Source: Eledone cirrhosa (taxonomy: Eukaryota). From it: a DNA stretch of 64,000 nt. The notes under the pieces were generated by a model, which saw only the letters and a list, made by a program, of their open reading frames with translations, searched no databases and had not been told where the DNA came from. A program made the translations under genes and the position numbers. Below are positions 45,295 through 59,961 of the stretch, in pieces. The DNA lies in the NCBI GenBank assembly GCA_964016885.1, contig OZ024741.1, positions 108,004,001-108,068,000 on the forward strand, written 5' to 3'. Every line of letters begins with the position of its first letter. The stretch's first letter is position 1.

Positions 45295-46252
45295 CTAGCA
45301 GCAGTACCCAGCGTTGCCTGGGTAGGTTCTTTGATGAAAAGGTGTTGATCTTAGCCACTACTTCTCGATGACTCAGCTATGGCCACACACAGGCCATGCG
45401 GGGAGGGTGGTGATGACCTCTATCACTGAGAAACGCATGCGGGTGACTGACGAAGGGGCATGCTGGTTGAGGGAGGTAATGGCCTCTAACACTAAGCCAA
45501 ATTTCCTCACGCTACTTGATTGGAAACCGATGAATTCTCAAATACACAACTAAAAGCTCGGACGACGTCAGTGGCCATCGTTTTGCCTTTGACAATCTAT
45601 AAGATGTGCAATGATAGGTTCTATCGTAGTATAAAAGTTGAACCAAGTAAATTGATTTATGTGTGAGGTGGAGCCGATATTTCGAATTTGAACGAAATTG
45701 GTTGAAACATATGGGAGCTAGAGCCGAAAAGGCGGAAATTTGAGCAAAAAGGTGGTATTTTCGAACATTTAAGCGGCTGCCACGTGGTTCCTGAACAAAA
45801 ATTCCAAAATGTAAAGCCATTTTAAGACGTGAAATAATCAGATCTAGCGTAGTGTAAAATTTGAACAAAGTAGGTTAATTAATGTCGGAGCTAGACCCGA
45901 AATAGTGGAAATTTAAGTCTAAAAGTGGTATTTTTGAATATTTAAGCGGCTGCTACGCCGTCCCTGAATAACAAATGTAAAATATAAAGCCATTACAGGA
46001 TGTGCAATGATAAATTCTATTTTGCTTTAAAATTTGAATGAAATGGGTGGCAAAATGTGGGATCTAGAGCCAAAAATCTTATTTTTAGATACCTAAATAA
46101 AGGTGACCCCCCCCCCCTATCGATTTTTATCTGCAGAATGACCCCGGAATAAAAAAAACGATACGCTCAGATATAGAAAACACTCCCTGATGACTAATCT
46201 ATGAGGTTGTAAAGTTTCATGAAAATCGGTCGTAAGATGTAAGCCCCTATAG

Positions 46253-46314
<62 letters not shown>

Positions 46315-46332
46315 ATTTTATATATATACAGA
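45295..46332 (-). mobile_element. Non-autonomous Helitron
   Basis: A|TCTGTATATATATAAAA-(TG)n...CGATTTTCATGAAACTTT ... TACCCAG-GCAACG-CTGGGTA-CTGCTG-CTAG|T. Confidence 0.86.
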
Positions 46333-46799
46333 TATCTTGAAATGATATAAGAATTTATATTTCAATTAATTAGTAATTTCCAATTCTACTATTCTCCCTT
46401 CCACTTTATGTCGGATTGTTTGTATAATCAATAACAGCTGTTGTTCTCTGATCTCTGTCAATTCATCACTACTTGAATAATCAATATTATATGATGTTAC
46501 CTGATCATTGTCGAGTTATTGCTCTTTTCTAGCCCTAGGCGAAAAACCAATCCATTTGAGAACATCTTGGATGTTGGTTATTGCTACCATTAGATTCGCG
46601 TCCAATGGCCATAACTGGACCCTGAAACTAATGGTTGCACATAGATGTTGGACATGGATGTTGGATATTGTTACTGCAGTTAATGGTCAATTTTAAGTGA
46701 CACCAGATATTAGCTGGGGTAAAATGTAATCTCACACAAATTGAGCTAGGTTGTTATTGATTATGTTAAAACAGAGAGAATGAGTTCGATCTATTGAAA

Positions 46800-47500
46800 A
46801 ATTATGAGTGCACAAAAACAAAAACAGAAGTTGCTTGCAATTTACAAGAAATTGAAATACAAAAAAAATAGAAGCGTGCTGGATTCAATTTAAAAAAAAT
46901 ATGGTTAAAATGGGTTAGAGTAGAGTCAATTGAAATGAATGAGAATATAATTGTGTATACACTAATATAGAAATGCAAAATATTGTCAGGACTTCCCCCT
47001 TTACCAAACTTCGTTTATGCACAAAACTTCAAGTATGTCGAGCAGAAAATACAATATACACAAAGAAATTATTGTTTGCCAAACCAACCAGAAGATATTA
47101 TTGGGATCCATGGTTGAAGTGTGCAAATATTCTAAGCCTGACTGTTGATGAGGCAAAGAAATTAACACAATCAAAATCTGAGTTCGCCAAGCTAGTAAAT
47201 GAAACAAACTTGCCTCAAGTACTTCAATGAAGTTGATGGAGGATCTCTTGGAAACGGGAAAGACTATAAATACACCAGAAAATATATTTATTTCTCAAAG
47301 TGTTATTAATGAACGGAATAATTTGCCGGGTTATGAAGGAAATGAGTTTTAAAAAAGTATGACAGATATTAGATGAATGAATAGATTGAAATTCATTTAA
47401 AGAGGCAGTGGAAAAAGTAGAAAACATTAAGGAAAGATATGACGAATGTTACGAAGCTTCACATGGCATAACTGCTATTTCTAAACCAGTCACTCATTTT
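46800..47500 (+). mobile_element. Possible decayed hAT-like transposase remnant
   Basis: Weak resemblance only (…PTRRYYWDPWLKCA…). Confidence 0.25.
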
Positions 47501-47771
47501 TGAACCAGTAGGTTCATTATTGAAAACTTACAATATATTATGCAGCGAGCTAACTGTTTATTTCTTTAGATTCTATCACCTATTGGTAAATACTTCTGGA
47601 AGAGAGAAGCTCTGATAATTCAATATCTTGTCACAGTCACGCCACACAATTTGTAAGAACATACTACTATATTAAGAATTAAAGTCCGTCATCCCAGAAT
47701 GATGGGGGACACAGAATCCTTTTATATATGAATATATATGAATGCATATATATATATATATATATATATAT

Positions 47772-48002
47772 AGAAGTGGTTACACGACAGTTAGCTCATC
47801 ATACTGAGAAAAATTGTTTCACCTTAGCGGATCCTCAGCTCGTAATGGACATCCAAGCATCATTACGAGCTGAGTATCCGCTAAAGTGAAACAATTGTTC
47901 TCGGTATGGTGAACCAACTGTTGTGTAACCACTTCTACCTAACTTGTCCCATGGACTGAGTGCTCTACCACTACGGATATTTCCTTCCAGTGTTCTACCA
48001 CT
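47772..48002. repeat. Fold-back element (family H, second copy)
   Basis: Arms 47772-47847 / 47861-47936 plus the same tail as the 29777 copy. Confidence 0.88.
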
Positions 48003-48076
48003 ATATATATATATATATATTTATATAATAAATAAATCCGAGGAAATAATACACAAAAATATAACTATTTTTCCTT

Positions 48077-48127
<51 letters not shown>

Positions 48128-51056
48128 TGGTTAGGAGGGTACGTGGAAACCTGGCAGCAAAAGAAAACAAGAGCTGTCAAAGGGCGGGTGAACTCCACAG
48201 AATTAAAAGCCATTCACCCTAACTGTGGGTTCAATAATCTCACCATCCTGCAATTGGTCAAGCATAGTGAGTACGGCTACACACCCTGGAGAGATTAAAC
48301 TCCATGACAATAACACATGCGATCCTCGTAACAGTCCTTTTATCTTGCCTTGGTTTGTCACTGGACAAATAGCTGCAATGATGGATTAGGTGTCTGTCTG
48401 TGTAGCACAAGCACGTAACATTGCCATTTTATGTGCAGATATTTCTTCACGGGTCCCACAGCGGTGGATGTATGGCAACGTGTGCAGACTCGACAGGTTA
48501 GAAGAACATAGTTACAAATCAACACGTTGGCTCGAGTCTTATCCTAACGTCACTGCTCTGTTAACCTGAACAGTAACACGTTTCGGCGGAGTCTCGAGTG
48601 TCTGAGCAGCCATTTTGGATGACGCACTGCTCATCCATACCACATGGGAAGGGTCTGAAAAGCTGACGTAAACAAAGCATGTTCAGTCATTAAACTAGTT
48701 AGTAGTCTGCAGTTGGCTGTGGTTCGTAATAGCGGGGTAATCATTGAAGAGTTGGCCCTCTTCTTTAAAGTAGTGGCATTTATTATTTATATATATAGTC
48801 ATATTAACATCCACACACTCAGACACAGGCACCATGGCATGTAACAATCTGTAACTGCTTAAACTCTACGTACTGTCCTCTGGAGGATCTTGTCTCTTGT
48901 CATTCAGAATAATTATACAGGTCTAAAAGACAATGAATTCAATGGTAAATTTATCCAGTAGGTGCACTCCTTTATGTGCACGAGAAAAGACAATTGCACC
49001 TCGTTTTCTCCTATAACCTGGTGAATCAAGGGCTTAATATCACCCATACCGAATGTAGGATTGTAGCCAGGGCTCTTTCCGGGAGCCATTAAGGCCAGAT
49101 TTACTTACACGAAAAAAAAAAAAACCGGAAAAAAAAACATTTTCCTGTTGCTGGAAAAATATCTTGTTAACCACTTGCCCCGGATATGCCGCAGGAACCA
49201 GCTTTACTCTTCCTAATCTTTTGCATCGTGTTACAGTGGATTACTTAACTACTAAATCTTACCTTATTCATTTAATTGTATGTATGTATGTATACAGTAC
49301 ATATGTGTGTATTAGTGTATGCACACGCGCGTTTGTGTTTTGTCTGGTTCCTCCTGAGTTCTAAAACTACTATATATCCTTATACTTCCTTTTCCATGGT
49401 TAGATTATCAGCAAATGAATCGGAAATCTCCACTATGTCTGCTTAGTGAGGCTGGTGACTTTTGGCATAACACAAGATGAAAATTAAAATTTCTCAAATA
49501 GCATATAAACCCACGAGAATTCACTGATCAGCATAATAAAATGCCTGTCTCTATCGCATACGTTTTAGTCTTTCATTTTAAGCTATTTGACTAATCTGAT
49601 TGGAAAACTCTGTTTCCCTTTCCTAACACCTCTATGTGCAGACGTTTTAACATATGAAATGATTATTACTAAATCCTTAGAATTATATCGAATTTGTTCC
49701 ACGATCACCACGGTTATACTCTGTGGCAGTCACATCAAATTTGTATTTGTCACTTACACAAGTGAAGCAAATATCCGAGTTTATCAATAGCTGTACGGTT
49801 TCTATTTCGACAAGCAGTTCACTTAAGCTAAATCAATCGAAATACAGCTCTTTACATGTATAAAGACACTAGTGCATATCTGTCTTTTGACGGTAAATCT
49901 CATTACACACATACTAAAATTATACACGAGCACACAGACATGCTAATACAAATAACTGCACATGAATACATCGTTCTAATTCCATCAGTTTTCTATTTAA
50001 CTCTTAAAAGATCCGAATGGTCCTAATATAAAAGTATAATAATTTAACTGTAGTTATTTCAGTAGGCATGGCCAAATTTTAAGTACAGTCAAGAAATTAA
50101 ATCAGTTTCCTAAAGTAGTTTTATGTCTAGACTAGGATAAAAGACGGCACTACCTTTCTTAAAGTAGAATAAGATGGTGAGCTTTTGTTCTAAACACTAT
50201 CGATCGCATAAAAGCGTCATTTGAAGTCGATTTCTGAATTTGACATGTTACTAACTTTTCAATTCAATCTCATTTCTGTCTCAGAGATTCTGTGCTATTT
50301 GGAATCGATATGGAATTGAATAAAACTTTCTAAACCACAAATGAAATGTAAGAAACTTCGCAGACATGTAGACGTTAAGTAACTGAAACGACATGGTTTG
50401 ATTGTTAGCTGAACAGGGGTCAAAATATAGGACATTGCTAATTCAGGATTATTCAGAAAATATTAATCTGATTAAAAAAAAAATGAAAGAAAGAAATTAA
50501 CGTTTATTCTCCATTTAATGCGTTCAAAATATTCATATATTATCAATTGATTTTACATTTCTCTCAATAACTAAGTTATAGATATTCAGGTTAGTCTGTA
50601 TATGACTTTAAATACCAAAATAATACTTTATAAGCAAAATAGAATTTCTCTCTTGTATTGACCTTTAAATATATTACGGTTTTGATGAATAATAAATAAT
50701 ATTAACAATAAATATTAATTAACATATGTTGATTTGATTTGAAAAAAGGATTTAATCAGTTGAAACACGAACAGTTGCGGTTAACAGGGCGTTAAAGTGA
50801 AATCCGTATAACGATAAAAATTATAAACTAAAGTGATGTAGGTAAATAATGTCCTCACTTATTTCATTGCTCTACCAATCCTGATTCTTCAACTAAAATT
50901 TTCTTTAACTTTCCCGAAAAACATTTACCTGTTATTGTCAGTTATTTGATTTTGTAATTATGTAACATGACTACTTAAGAGCAGTCAATGATAGGATCCA
51001 GGTAGCTAGTCACCCAATCTTAACTCACATATAGTTTTCCTGCTGTAAACACATGC

Positions 51057-51108
<52 letters not shown>

Positions 51109-51439
51109 CTCCGTAGTGTTCTACTTAATTAAGGTAGGATTTACAACCTATTAGAACCCGATTTTAATATCCCATCGAAGCAAAGTGAAATCTGTGTTTG
51201 TGGAAGTATGGAATTATTGTACATGTCACTGAGTATTTAAAACTACTGAGTTAGAAATTGATTTTCTGAGGATATATAGCAGATTTGATGCTCTTTTTAG
51301 TGGCTAAGCGTATGGAATTACATAATCCATCGATTGATCTGCACATCAGTAATTGTGTTCTCTGAAACGATCGGAAAACAAAGCATTACACTACTGTCAT
51401 ATTCTTTCATTTCCTTAAACGTATTTTTGTACCTTATGA

Positions 51440-53545
51440 ATCAACGGTGACGGTGGTAGGGTCCGTCAGTCTCAAAAGACCATAGATCCGCACCTAGAGA
51501 ATTTTGTTTCAGCTTCTGATGTTGGTACAGTGTATGTTGTAGCTGTACAGGCCCACAAGGAAGTCACAGTCTCCTTTTCAGCGACTGCATTTGAAGATAC
51601 TGTGCTCTAGAGTTACGGTGTTGTCTTACTCTCGAGTACACTTTTCATTGGCGGCAAGTTTCAGTTTCTTTTCCCCTCGTTCCATTCCCTTGCATAATAC
51701 TTACCCCCAGCATGAACAATCATTTGTGACCTTCTCCCATCTCTAGACGTTGAGATCTATTGACTTCAATCCTTATTACAGATGTTTTTTAAACGAAGAA
51801 TATGTCGTTCCCGTGCTGCCATGCTGGTGGCCAGTTCCCCATACCGAAGGTCTTTTGGGATCCTCCCGTCCGGTTGCCATGTACGTGACACAGTAATTGC
51901 AAACGGCGTTGTTGGAGCTGGGTCAATATAATGGATACCTTGGTACTGTTGGGGACTTAGGTGTTGGTGACACGATCAGTCAACATTATCCGTTGCAGGC
52001 TCTAAGGTGTTAGGAGGTGAGACGCCGCTTCTGTCTGGGGTAAAGGCTCCATGTTACGCTTCCGTAATATAGTATGTTTAGGACAGCAATCTTGTTCTTT
52101 GTTTTCAGTTTTTTTATAGAGTCTCTTTGTCAGCCTGGCGAATGTGGAGGCTGTTCGGCCACCTGCTGATCTTGAAGTTCAGGGTGAGATTGTAAGTTAT
52201 GGTGAAGCAGAGATACATAAATTCGTTCACAACCTCTAGCTCGTAGATATGGATGGTGATGATAGGGGAATGCTTGATGCCTTGGTCTTCTTCGGACTAA
52301 TGGTCAGGTGGAATTCCGGACAAGCCCCTAAGGACTTATTCATAAACTTCTGCATTTGCTCCTCGGAGTCCGCTGCCAATGCTCCGTCATACATAAACAA
52401 CATATCTCTGAAGAATAATCTGAAGAACCTTAAATGTTGCCCTACGTCTTGACAAACTAAACAACTTTCCGTTTGATTTGGAGTGGATGTAGACACAATC
52501 AATCTAAGTTCCAAATACGAGTTTCAGCATGAGTGCGAAAAGGATATTAAATGCAACCGAAGAAGTGCCATTGAATTGAGCGAGCTTTTTTCATATGCGC
52601 ATAACACGATTTTACTATTCTGAGGAGCATTGGAGGACAACCAATCTTGATAAGGATTTTAAATAGGCTGCCTCTACTAACTCGGTCGAATGAATTCGTG
52701 GGGTCAATGAATGTGATTTAGAGTGTTTGCCTTTGCTCTCGGCACTTCTCTTGTAGCTCTGGAAATGAGAAGATCATGTCGATAATGGAGCGTTCTGAAC
52801 TAAAATAGCACTGAGATTCGGACTTTCTTAGCAATTTTCTGTTGTGTGTTCAGGTCTATCCAATCTTCCCAACAATGTTCAACAGTGAGATGCCTCTGTG
52901 GTTATTACTTTCTTTTTTTTCTATTTTGTTCTTATAGAGTGAGACAGTGTTGCAGTCGCTTATGTCTTGCGGTACTGTCCTCTCCTCCTAGAACTAAAAC
53001 AATAATTTTAAAAAGTGGTTAAGAAAAACTTCCTTTGCACACTTGACAACCTCTGGTGAGATGCCATCCAATATTAGTGCCTTGCCTGTGGGCCAGCTGT
53101 CAATGTCTCTACTCAGTTTTCAGCTGTCGGTAATGCATCAAGCTCCTCTTATGACAGTTAGCTGCTTCAAGCTGTCTAGCACAAGTCCAATATACTGTTT
53201 TCTATGGAGTAGTGTTAAGCGTAGTACACCAACATTCTCACTTACTGTTCTCTTTTCCCGCTGGAATAGAACTGCCATGCTCTGGGTTGGGCTTATGGCT
53301 TTATTGATGCCATCATAGATTCTTCAAATATTTCCTGTATCAAATGATAACAGGATGCCGTCGCACAGCTGTAGCCAGTGTCTGGCTGTCTTCTGTGAGT
53401 TGATTCTTTCTGTTAGTAATGCTTGCATTATTTCCCAGGGCTGGTGAACGTTTGTACTTTAAAAAAGTAACACCCTGCTTTTCTATTGTCGCATTGTGCT
53501 CATCCACGGACGCCTCAAACCAGTCATGTGTCTTTTTTCGCTTTT
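51440..53545 (-). mobile_element. Decayed RTE/BovB-like LINE
   Basis: DMLFMYDGALAADSEEQMQKFM..FHLTISPKKTK, FIDPTNSFD.VSR, RIPKDLRYGELA..RPLLRLK-like. Confidence 0.8.
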
Positions 53546-54504
53546 ACCTGAAGTGGCGACTTAAAATCAGAGTTTTCCTTCTATTAGATGGACGCCTCGC
53601 CCAGGATGACGATTCCATCTACCCAAAGACCTAGTTTGAAAAGCCAGGAAGTGCCTACACCCTTTCTCCTTTCAGTGGAGACAATACCACCAGGCATGCA
53701 TGTTAAAACACACAAGAAGACCAAGTGTCGGAATGGTTGGCAGTAGACACAGGTCCCCTCTATCACATCTCGGCGTAGCAACCTTGGAAATATATATATA
53801 TATATATACTCAAACACATTTATATATGTGTACGCGTGTGCGTGCGTGGCTAAATAGATATCTCATGTACATTTAATTAAATTATTGTATTACTATTATT
53901 GTTTTTTTTTTGTATTTCTTTTTCAAAATTTCCGTAATTCTATTGATGTTGGAAGACAATTAATGAGAAAGAAACAAAAGAGAAATAAGACAAAATAATA
54001 ATTCACTCAAACTTCAGCTTATGAGAAATTATTTTAGCAACGATGAAAGTCATCAACGAAGTTTTAATTTTTAACTGGAAATATGGTCGATGGTTAATTA
54101 TCTCTATACTGTATATTTCAAGCTGATGACTTTTTCAAATTAAGACGTATGACGGAAGTCACTGTAATTCATTGCAAGTATTGCAGTGTTCATCTCTCTA
54201 TCGGAATAATACACATTTCTACACATATAATATATATATTCAGTCAAAGACACACACACATATATATATATATGTATGTACGCACGCACAAAGATACGCA
54301 TGTGCGACTGTGTAGGTTTGAGTGTTTTGATATATATATATGTATGTATACATATATGCATGAAACTGTGTTTGCGATATTTTGCTAGCATATACCTGTT
54401 GTGGATGATGTGTTTCTATGTATATATGTGTGTGGGTATATATAACTCAATGTTTGGTGGTGTATATATATATATATATGTGTGAGAGTGTGTGTATAAT
54501 ATAT

Positions 54505-54593
<89 letters not shown>

Positions 54594-55809
54594 CATTTAT
54601 ACATAAATACATATAATATACATACACCTAGTCAAAATGCATGAATGCTCAGAACGAAATATATGCATATCATTCTGTTTTTTGCACATATATATGTGTG
54701 AGATGAACATGAGTGGTGCATATGTGCATGTATTTGTGTGTTTATGTGTTTGTGTGTATGTGTGCACGTGCGTAAGTGCGCCTGTGTCTGTTGTTTGTTT
54801 CTGCAACATTCTATATTAATTAACATTTAAACATTGCTGCTGATGCTAGTTATATTGTTGTGTCTTCATTTATTCCTCGAAAAACACACAAGATTCAACA
54901 TAAATAATTAGCAATCACAATTGTAATTAAATAAGACGTATGTCACCATTTATGTTACTGAATAATTTAGTGATATTCATCTATTTTTTATATATTTTTT
55001 CTCGCAGTATTGTGCGCTGATTCCATATATATTCCAATATTTACAAATATTGTTATTTTTCTGTCTAGATAATAAATAGGTGTTTTTGTTGCTACAATCA
55101 GTAATGAATATCTAATTAAAATACATATCTAATCAAGAGGTCCTTCATATTTCATCAATTGACACTGTTGTTAACTTATTTTCTTCCTTTTTATATTTAT
55201 GTAAATAAATAATAGGTGAAAAGCGCCGAAAAATCAACAGCTCAGAACCAATGCCTTTTATTAACCTTTTCATGAGGGGATTTTATGCCGATGTAAAAGG
55301 ACCTATAAAGAACTACAAGGTGACATTAACATCATTGTTATCATATTTTTTTAGACGAACTCTTTAATATACATTGTGTTCACTTTTAAACAAAACACTA
55401 TTACATATTTATTTTTTTATTTACATCTAATTGTTTGAAAGAATTAAATGGATTGCTTTCCATAGTCTCCGAGACTGGTAAGACGGAGTGTGGTGGTTAT
55501 GCTTAAGTGGAGATTTGACCGGAAAGTTAGCACATGGAGGGATTCCACTAAAGACTTTGAACAGTATAATTGATGAATGTTAAGTTATTAGAGATGTCTA
55601 CAACTATATTCGTCTGTAGGCACACAGAGGTACAAATATCCGGATACGTCTAGATATGCACACTAAGTAATATATATATATAATATATATATATATTAAA
55701 GTTTTTGCTCCGACATAGCTGTCAACATATACATGTGTCAATTTTGTGTATCTAATAATATACAGTATATTTACGAATATTTGAAATAATATTTGAGTAA
55801 CGTTACTCA

Positions 55810-56455
55810 AAGACCCTTCGGTGGAATGCCATTAGGGCCGCTTGTATTCGCAATCATATTCTTTAGGTCATTACCCAAGATTCATGACCATAGGTAAGGG
55901 TTGAAATGAATACGGAATTAAAGATAGCGAGTTTGGCTTTTACACCTCCCTCCTTTCTCCTGAATACTAGATGCTGAAGCTGGCGCATTACTGCACCAAC
56001 TCCCCCAATTCTTGCACTTAACTCAGCCTTCTGCCTTACATCACACGTGAACACGGCCCCGAGTTACTTGAACTTCTCCACCGGCTACAGTGGAACTCCA
56101 TTTACATGTAGAGTACACTGCTCAGGCATTCCTCAGCATCAAACCTATCGTGTGCAAATTGGAGATCACCTTCTGTCGAGTTAAGTAACACCATGTTGTC
56201 AGCAAATTCCGTCCGACTGCTTTAAAACTGCCAGTCATGATGCCAATTCCAACCCGGCTGCGCATGCCAATCCAGTTCCTGTAAATAATGAACATGAGAA
56301 GTGACATTAAGCACCCTTGGCGGGGTCGGACACCCACATTGAATGGTTTCGCTTTACCACCATTTATCTGAATACAAATACTTGGGCATTCGTATAGATA
56401 CACCAGGGCAGCAAGGAGCTGACCATTGATCCTATACTCCTGCAGAACCTCAATC
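55810..56455 (-). mobile_element. Decayed RTE-like LINE fragment, same family as 31130
   Basis: VGVRPRQGCLMSLLMFIIY, FADNMVL, FKYLG-like motif, IFNSVFISTLTYGHESW. Confidence 0.78.
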
Positions 56456-56617
56456 AGAAACTATGTCTTATGCGATGAATTTAGAAGGCTAAATGTTATA
56501 ATGATTTTAATCGAGGCACAAGGCCAGTAATATTTAGAAGAGTAATCTCCCAATTTATAATGAATTCTAAGGTATATAAGGTATATAGTTTTAAACATAT
56601 ATGTATATGCGTATTTA

Positions 56618-56658
<41 letters not shown>

Positions 56659-56659
56659 G

Positions 56660-56875
56660 TCAATCGACTTTCGTCAAATCGGACCGAGGAAACAATGTTT
56701 CCATCGGTCTTTCCAGTTGCTAGTACTATCTATCGGTCGCAACTCCAGGTAGAAGGAGCAACGTGAAATAAAATGTCTTGCTCAAGGACATAACGCATCG
56801 ACCGGTCCAGGACTCGAACTCACAACCTCAAGATTGTGAATCCAATTCTCTAACCACTTAGCCACACGCCTTCAC
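56660..56875 (-). mobile_element. tRNA-derived SINE (family B)
   Basis: Minus strand GGCGTGTGGCTAAGTGGTTAGAG...GAGTTCGAGTCC..GTCCTTGAGCAAGACATTTTA. Confidence 0.8.
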
Positions 56876-56895
56876 ATATATATATATATATATGT

Positions 56896-57280
<385 letters not shown>

Positions 57281-57322
57281 TATATATATATATATAGTAC
57301 ACACATACACATATCATACATA

Positions 57323-57512
57323 ACTGTTTCTACTTTTGGAACAAGGCCAGCAATTACCCAGTACATTACTGGTACTTTATTTTATCGACCCCGTAAGGAT
57401 GTTAGGATGAAAGGCAAAGTTAACCTCGGCGGGATTTGAACTCGGAATGGCTGTAACTCTTTGCGTCAAAGTATGGCGTCCGACCCTCTACCGATATTGC
57501 CAATTCACCGCC
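57323..57512 (-). mobile_element. tRNA-derived SINE (family A)
   Basis: Reverse complement of family A. Confidence 0.82.
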
Positions 57513-57590
57513 ATTGAGTATGCTGAGATGCAACTGGTACTAGCAGAGAAACCTTACGCTGGTCCCGTTAACCTATTATTATTACTAATA

Positions 57591-57795
57591 CGCTGGATTG
57601 GCAGGATCGGTAGAGGGTCGGACACCATGCTTTGCCGCAAAGAATTACGGCCCTTTATGTTCTGAATTAACATTGCCTTTCATCCATACTAGGTCGATAA
57701 AATAAAGTACCAGTCACGCACGAGGGTCGATTTAATTGACTTTCCCCTCCCCCAAAATTGCTGGCCTTGTGCCTATATAAAATAACCATTATAAT
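57591..57795 (+). mobile_element. tRNA-derived SINE (family A, B box deleted)
   Basis: Family A head and core. Confidence 0.8.
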
Positions 57796-57805
57796 TATAC
57801 ATAAT

Positions 57806-57988
57806 TTGCAGTATCGGTAGAGGGTCGGACGCCATGCTTTCCAACATAGTTACGTCCCTTTACGATCTGAGTTCAAATCCCGCCGAAGTTGACTTTGCCT
57901 TACATCCTTACGGGGTCGATAAAATAAAGTACCAGTAATGAACTGGGTATTTGCTGGCCTTGTGCCTAATGTAGAAACAATTATTATA
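57806..57988 (+). mobile_element. tRNA-derived SINE (family A)
   Basis: Very similar to the 2762 copy. Confidence 0.85.
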
Positions 57989-58426
57989 AATATGCATGTG
58001 TGTGTAGTTATAGATATATTTATGCCAGTTCGCTCTTTAGTGCTACTGTTAACATGTAACCTGGTACAGCCTGTGCATATTCAGGTCGTCAGTGACAAAA
58101 CTGCTACCCCTACCTAACTATCTTGGTAAGGAGAGAGATTTTCGAAACCATGCGGGATGAAAAATGAAACACGTCAAAGATCGGAGGAACTCAGCAGAGT
58201 CAACGGCCATCCCATAATTTTCTTTTTTTCGATTCGTTTTGTTTCGTTTTGAACAAGAGAATCCTAGGCAACTCCCTAGAAGGGCTAAAAATCCACGTCG
58301 GTGATGTTCATGCTTAAGTATCAGGCGAAGCCATTAATCGAAATCGAGTAGGTATTATATATATATATATATATATATATGCCCCGGCCAAATGAGTCTT
58401 GTCGATTAAGACAGGGTTTAGACTTA

Positions 58427-58485
<59 letters not shown>

Positions 58486-58522
58486 AGATTTGAATGGATA
58501 CAGTTTAGTTGAAAGGAAAATA

Positions 58523-58556
<34 letters not shown>

Positions 58557-58557
58557 G

Positions 58558-58728
58558 TTATTCCGGGTTGAATCGGAGGTAACCACAGTAAGTAAGGCAC
58601 TCAATACATTGCAGAGTATAAAAGTTTTAATATAGATGAGATTCTACAGGACCAGAACTGCTTCTTTTTCACGATTCCTGATGATTTCTAAAGAGTGAAG
58701 CAGTTCTGGTCCTGTAGAATCTCATCTA

Positions 58729-58729
<1 letters not shown>
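58558..58729. repeat. Fold-back element, arms 58632-58664 / 58697-58729; a solo copy of the family lies at 678-797
   Basis: CTGATGA-TTTCTAAAGAGT-GAAG-CAGTTCTG-GTC; the 678-797 copy reads TGATGA..GAAACAGTTCTTGTC on minus. Confidence 0.8.
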
Positions 58730-58760
<31 letters not shown>

Positions 58761-58765
<5 letters not shown>

Positions 58766-59549
58766 AAATGTGTGTAATCCTTGGTACAGTTAGGTATATT
58801 AAGACAGGGGGGAAGAAAAAAATGGCTTCACTTGTGCTTTCAACAAATTTATTTTCTTCACAAAATCCAAAAATAATTTTTTTCCTGATTAGGAAAAAAA
58901 AAAAAAAAAAAAATTTTATAAATTGAGTCGTTGGTTGTTGGTTAGGTCTTAGGAGTTCTTGGTTAACGTAGGAGGAATTGTTTCGTTTTTAGAAAGACCT
59001 TTCATGCTGAGGTGCGCTTGTCATGTGGTGTGTTGTTCTATATATAGGGATTTAACATGTTTGTGGTGCGGTGGGGTTTTTTTTCTCCCCCTTTAATAAG
59101 TGTAGGGGTGTAGGTGTGTTGAAAAATGTTAATAGCAGTAATGAGTTGAGACAGTGGTAGGGTTGGGTGGGGAGAAATGTAGCAAGCGCGGCCTGCCCCG
59201 GTCATTCTCGAAAAATTCCTTTATTCAGGGGAAAAAGCTTTTAGGATTCCTTTGTATCGAAAAATGGTCATAAGCAAACCGCACCTGCCAAGCTTGTAAA
59301 CAATTATTTTTTTCTGAAGAATTTTTCTACGTCCATCCCAAAATTAGTCCTTTGTTCAACACACACATATGTGCGTATATACGTACATACACACACGGGC
59401 ATATGTAGGAATATATAGGCACACACCATCAATCACACACCCATGTACATATACATCCACATACATACATAAAAACATATAAAGACACATATAAAAACAC
59501 ATATACACATACGTACACACACGAATATGTACTCATACCTCCACATGGG

Positions 59550-59581
<32 letters not shown>

Positions 59582-59708
59582 CATATACATATATATACAC
59601 ACATAAAGATACATAACTAAATATACATATATACACATACATACACACATACACACACACACACACACGTGTACACACACACACACGTGTACACAAACAC
59701 ACACGTGT

Positions 59709-59739
<31 letters not shown>

Positions 59740-59921
59740 TATACATATGTCCGTATATATACATCCGTTCACACATACATGCATACACACACACACATAC
59801 ACACACATATATATAGAGGCATACACACACACATACACATATATATATATATATATATACATATACACACAAACACATACAGACACATACACACATATAC
59901 ATATATATACACACACATATA

Positions 59922-59961
<40 letters not shown>

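Noticed and set aside
49997-50795. TTAA-bounded piggyBac-like MITE
   Set aside because: Terminal inverted match is too short and degenerate to support
58800-59340. Hammerhead in the pLTR of the 58761-60757 PLE
   Set aside because: Sequence is homopolymer-inflated and looks low quality or decayed; the core cannot be read reliably
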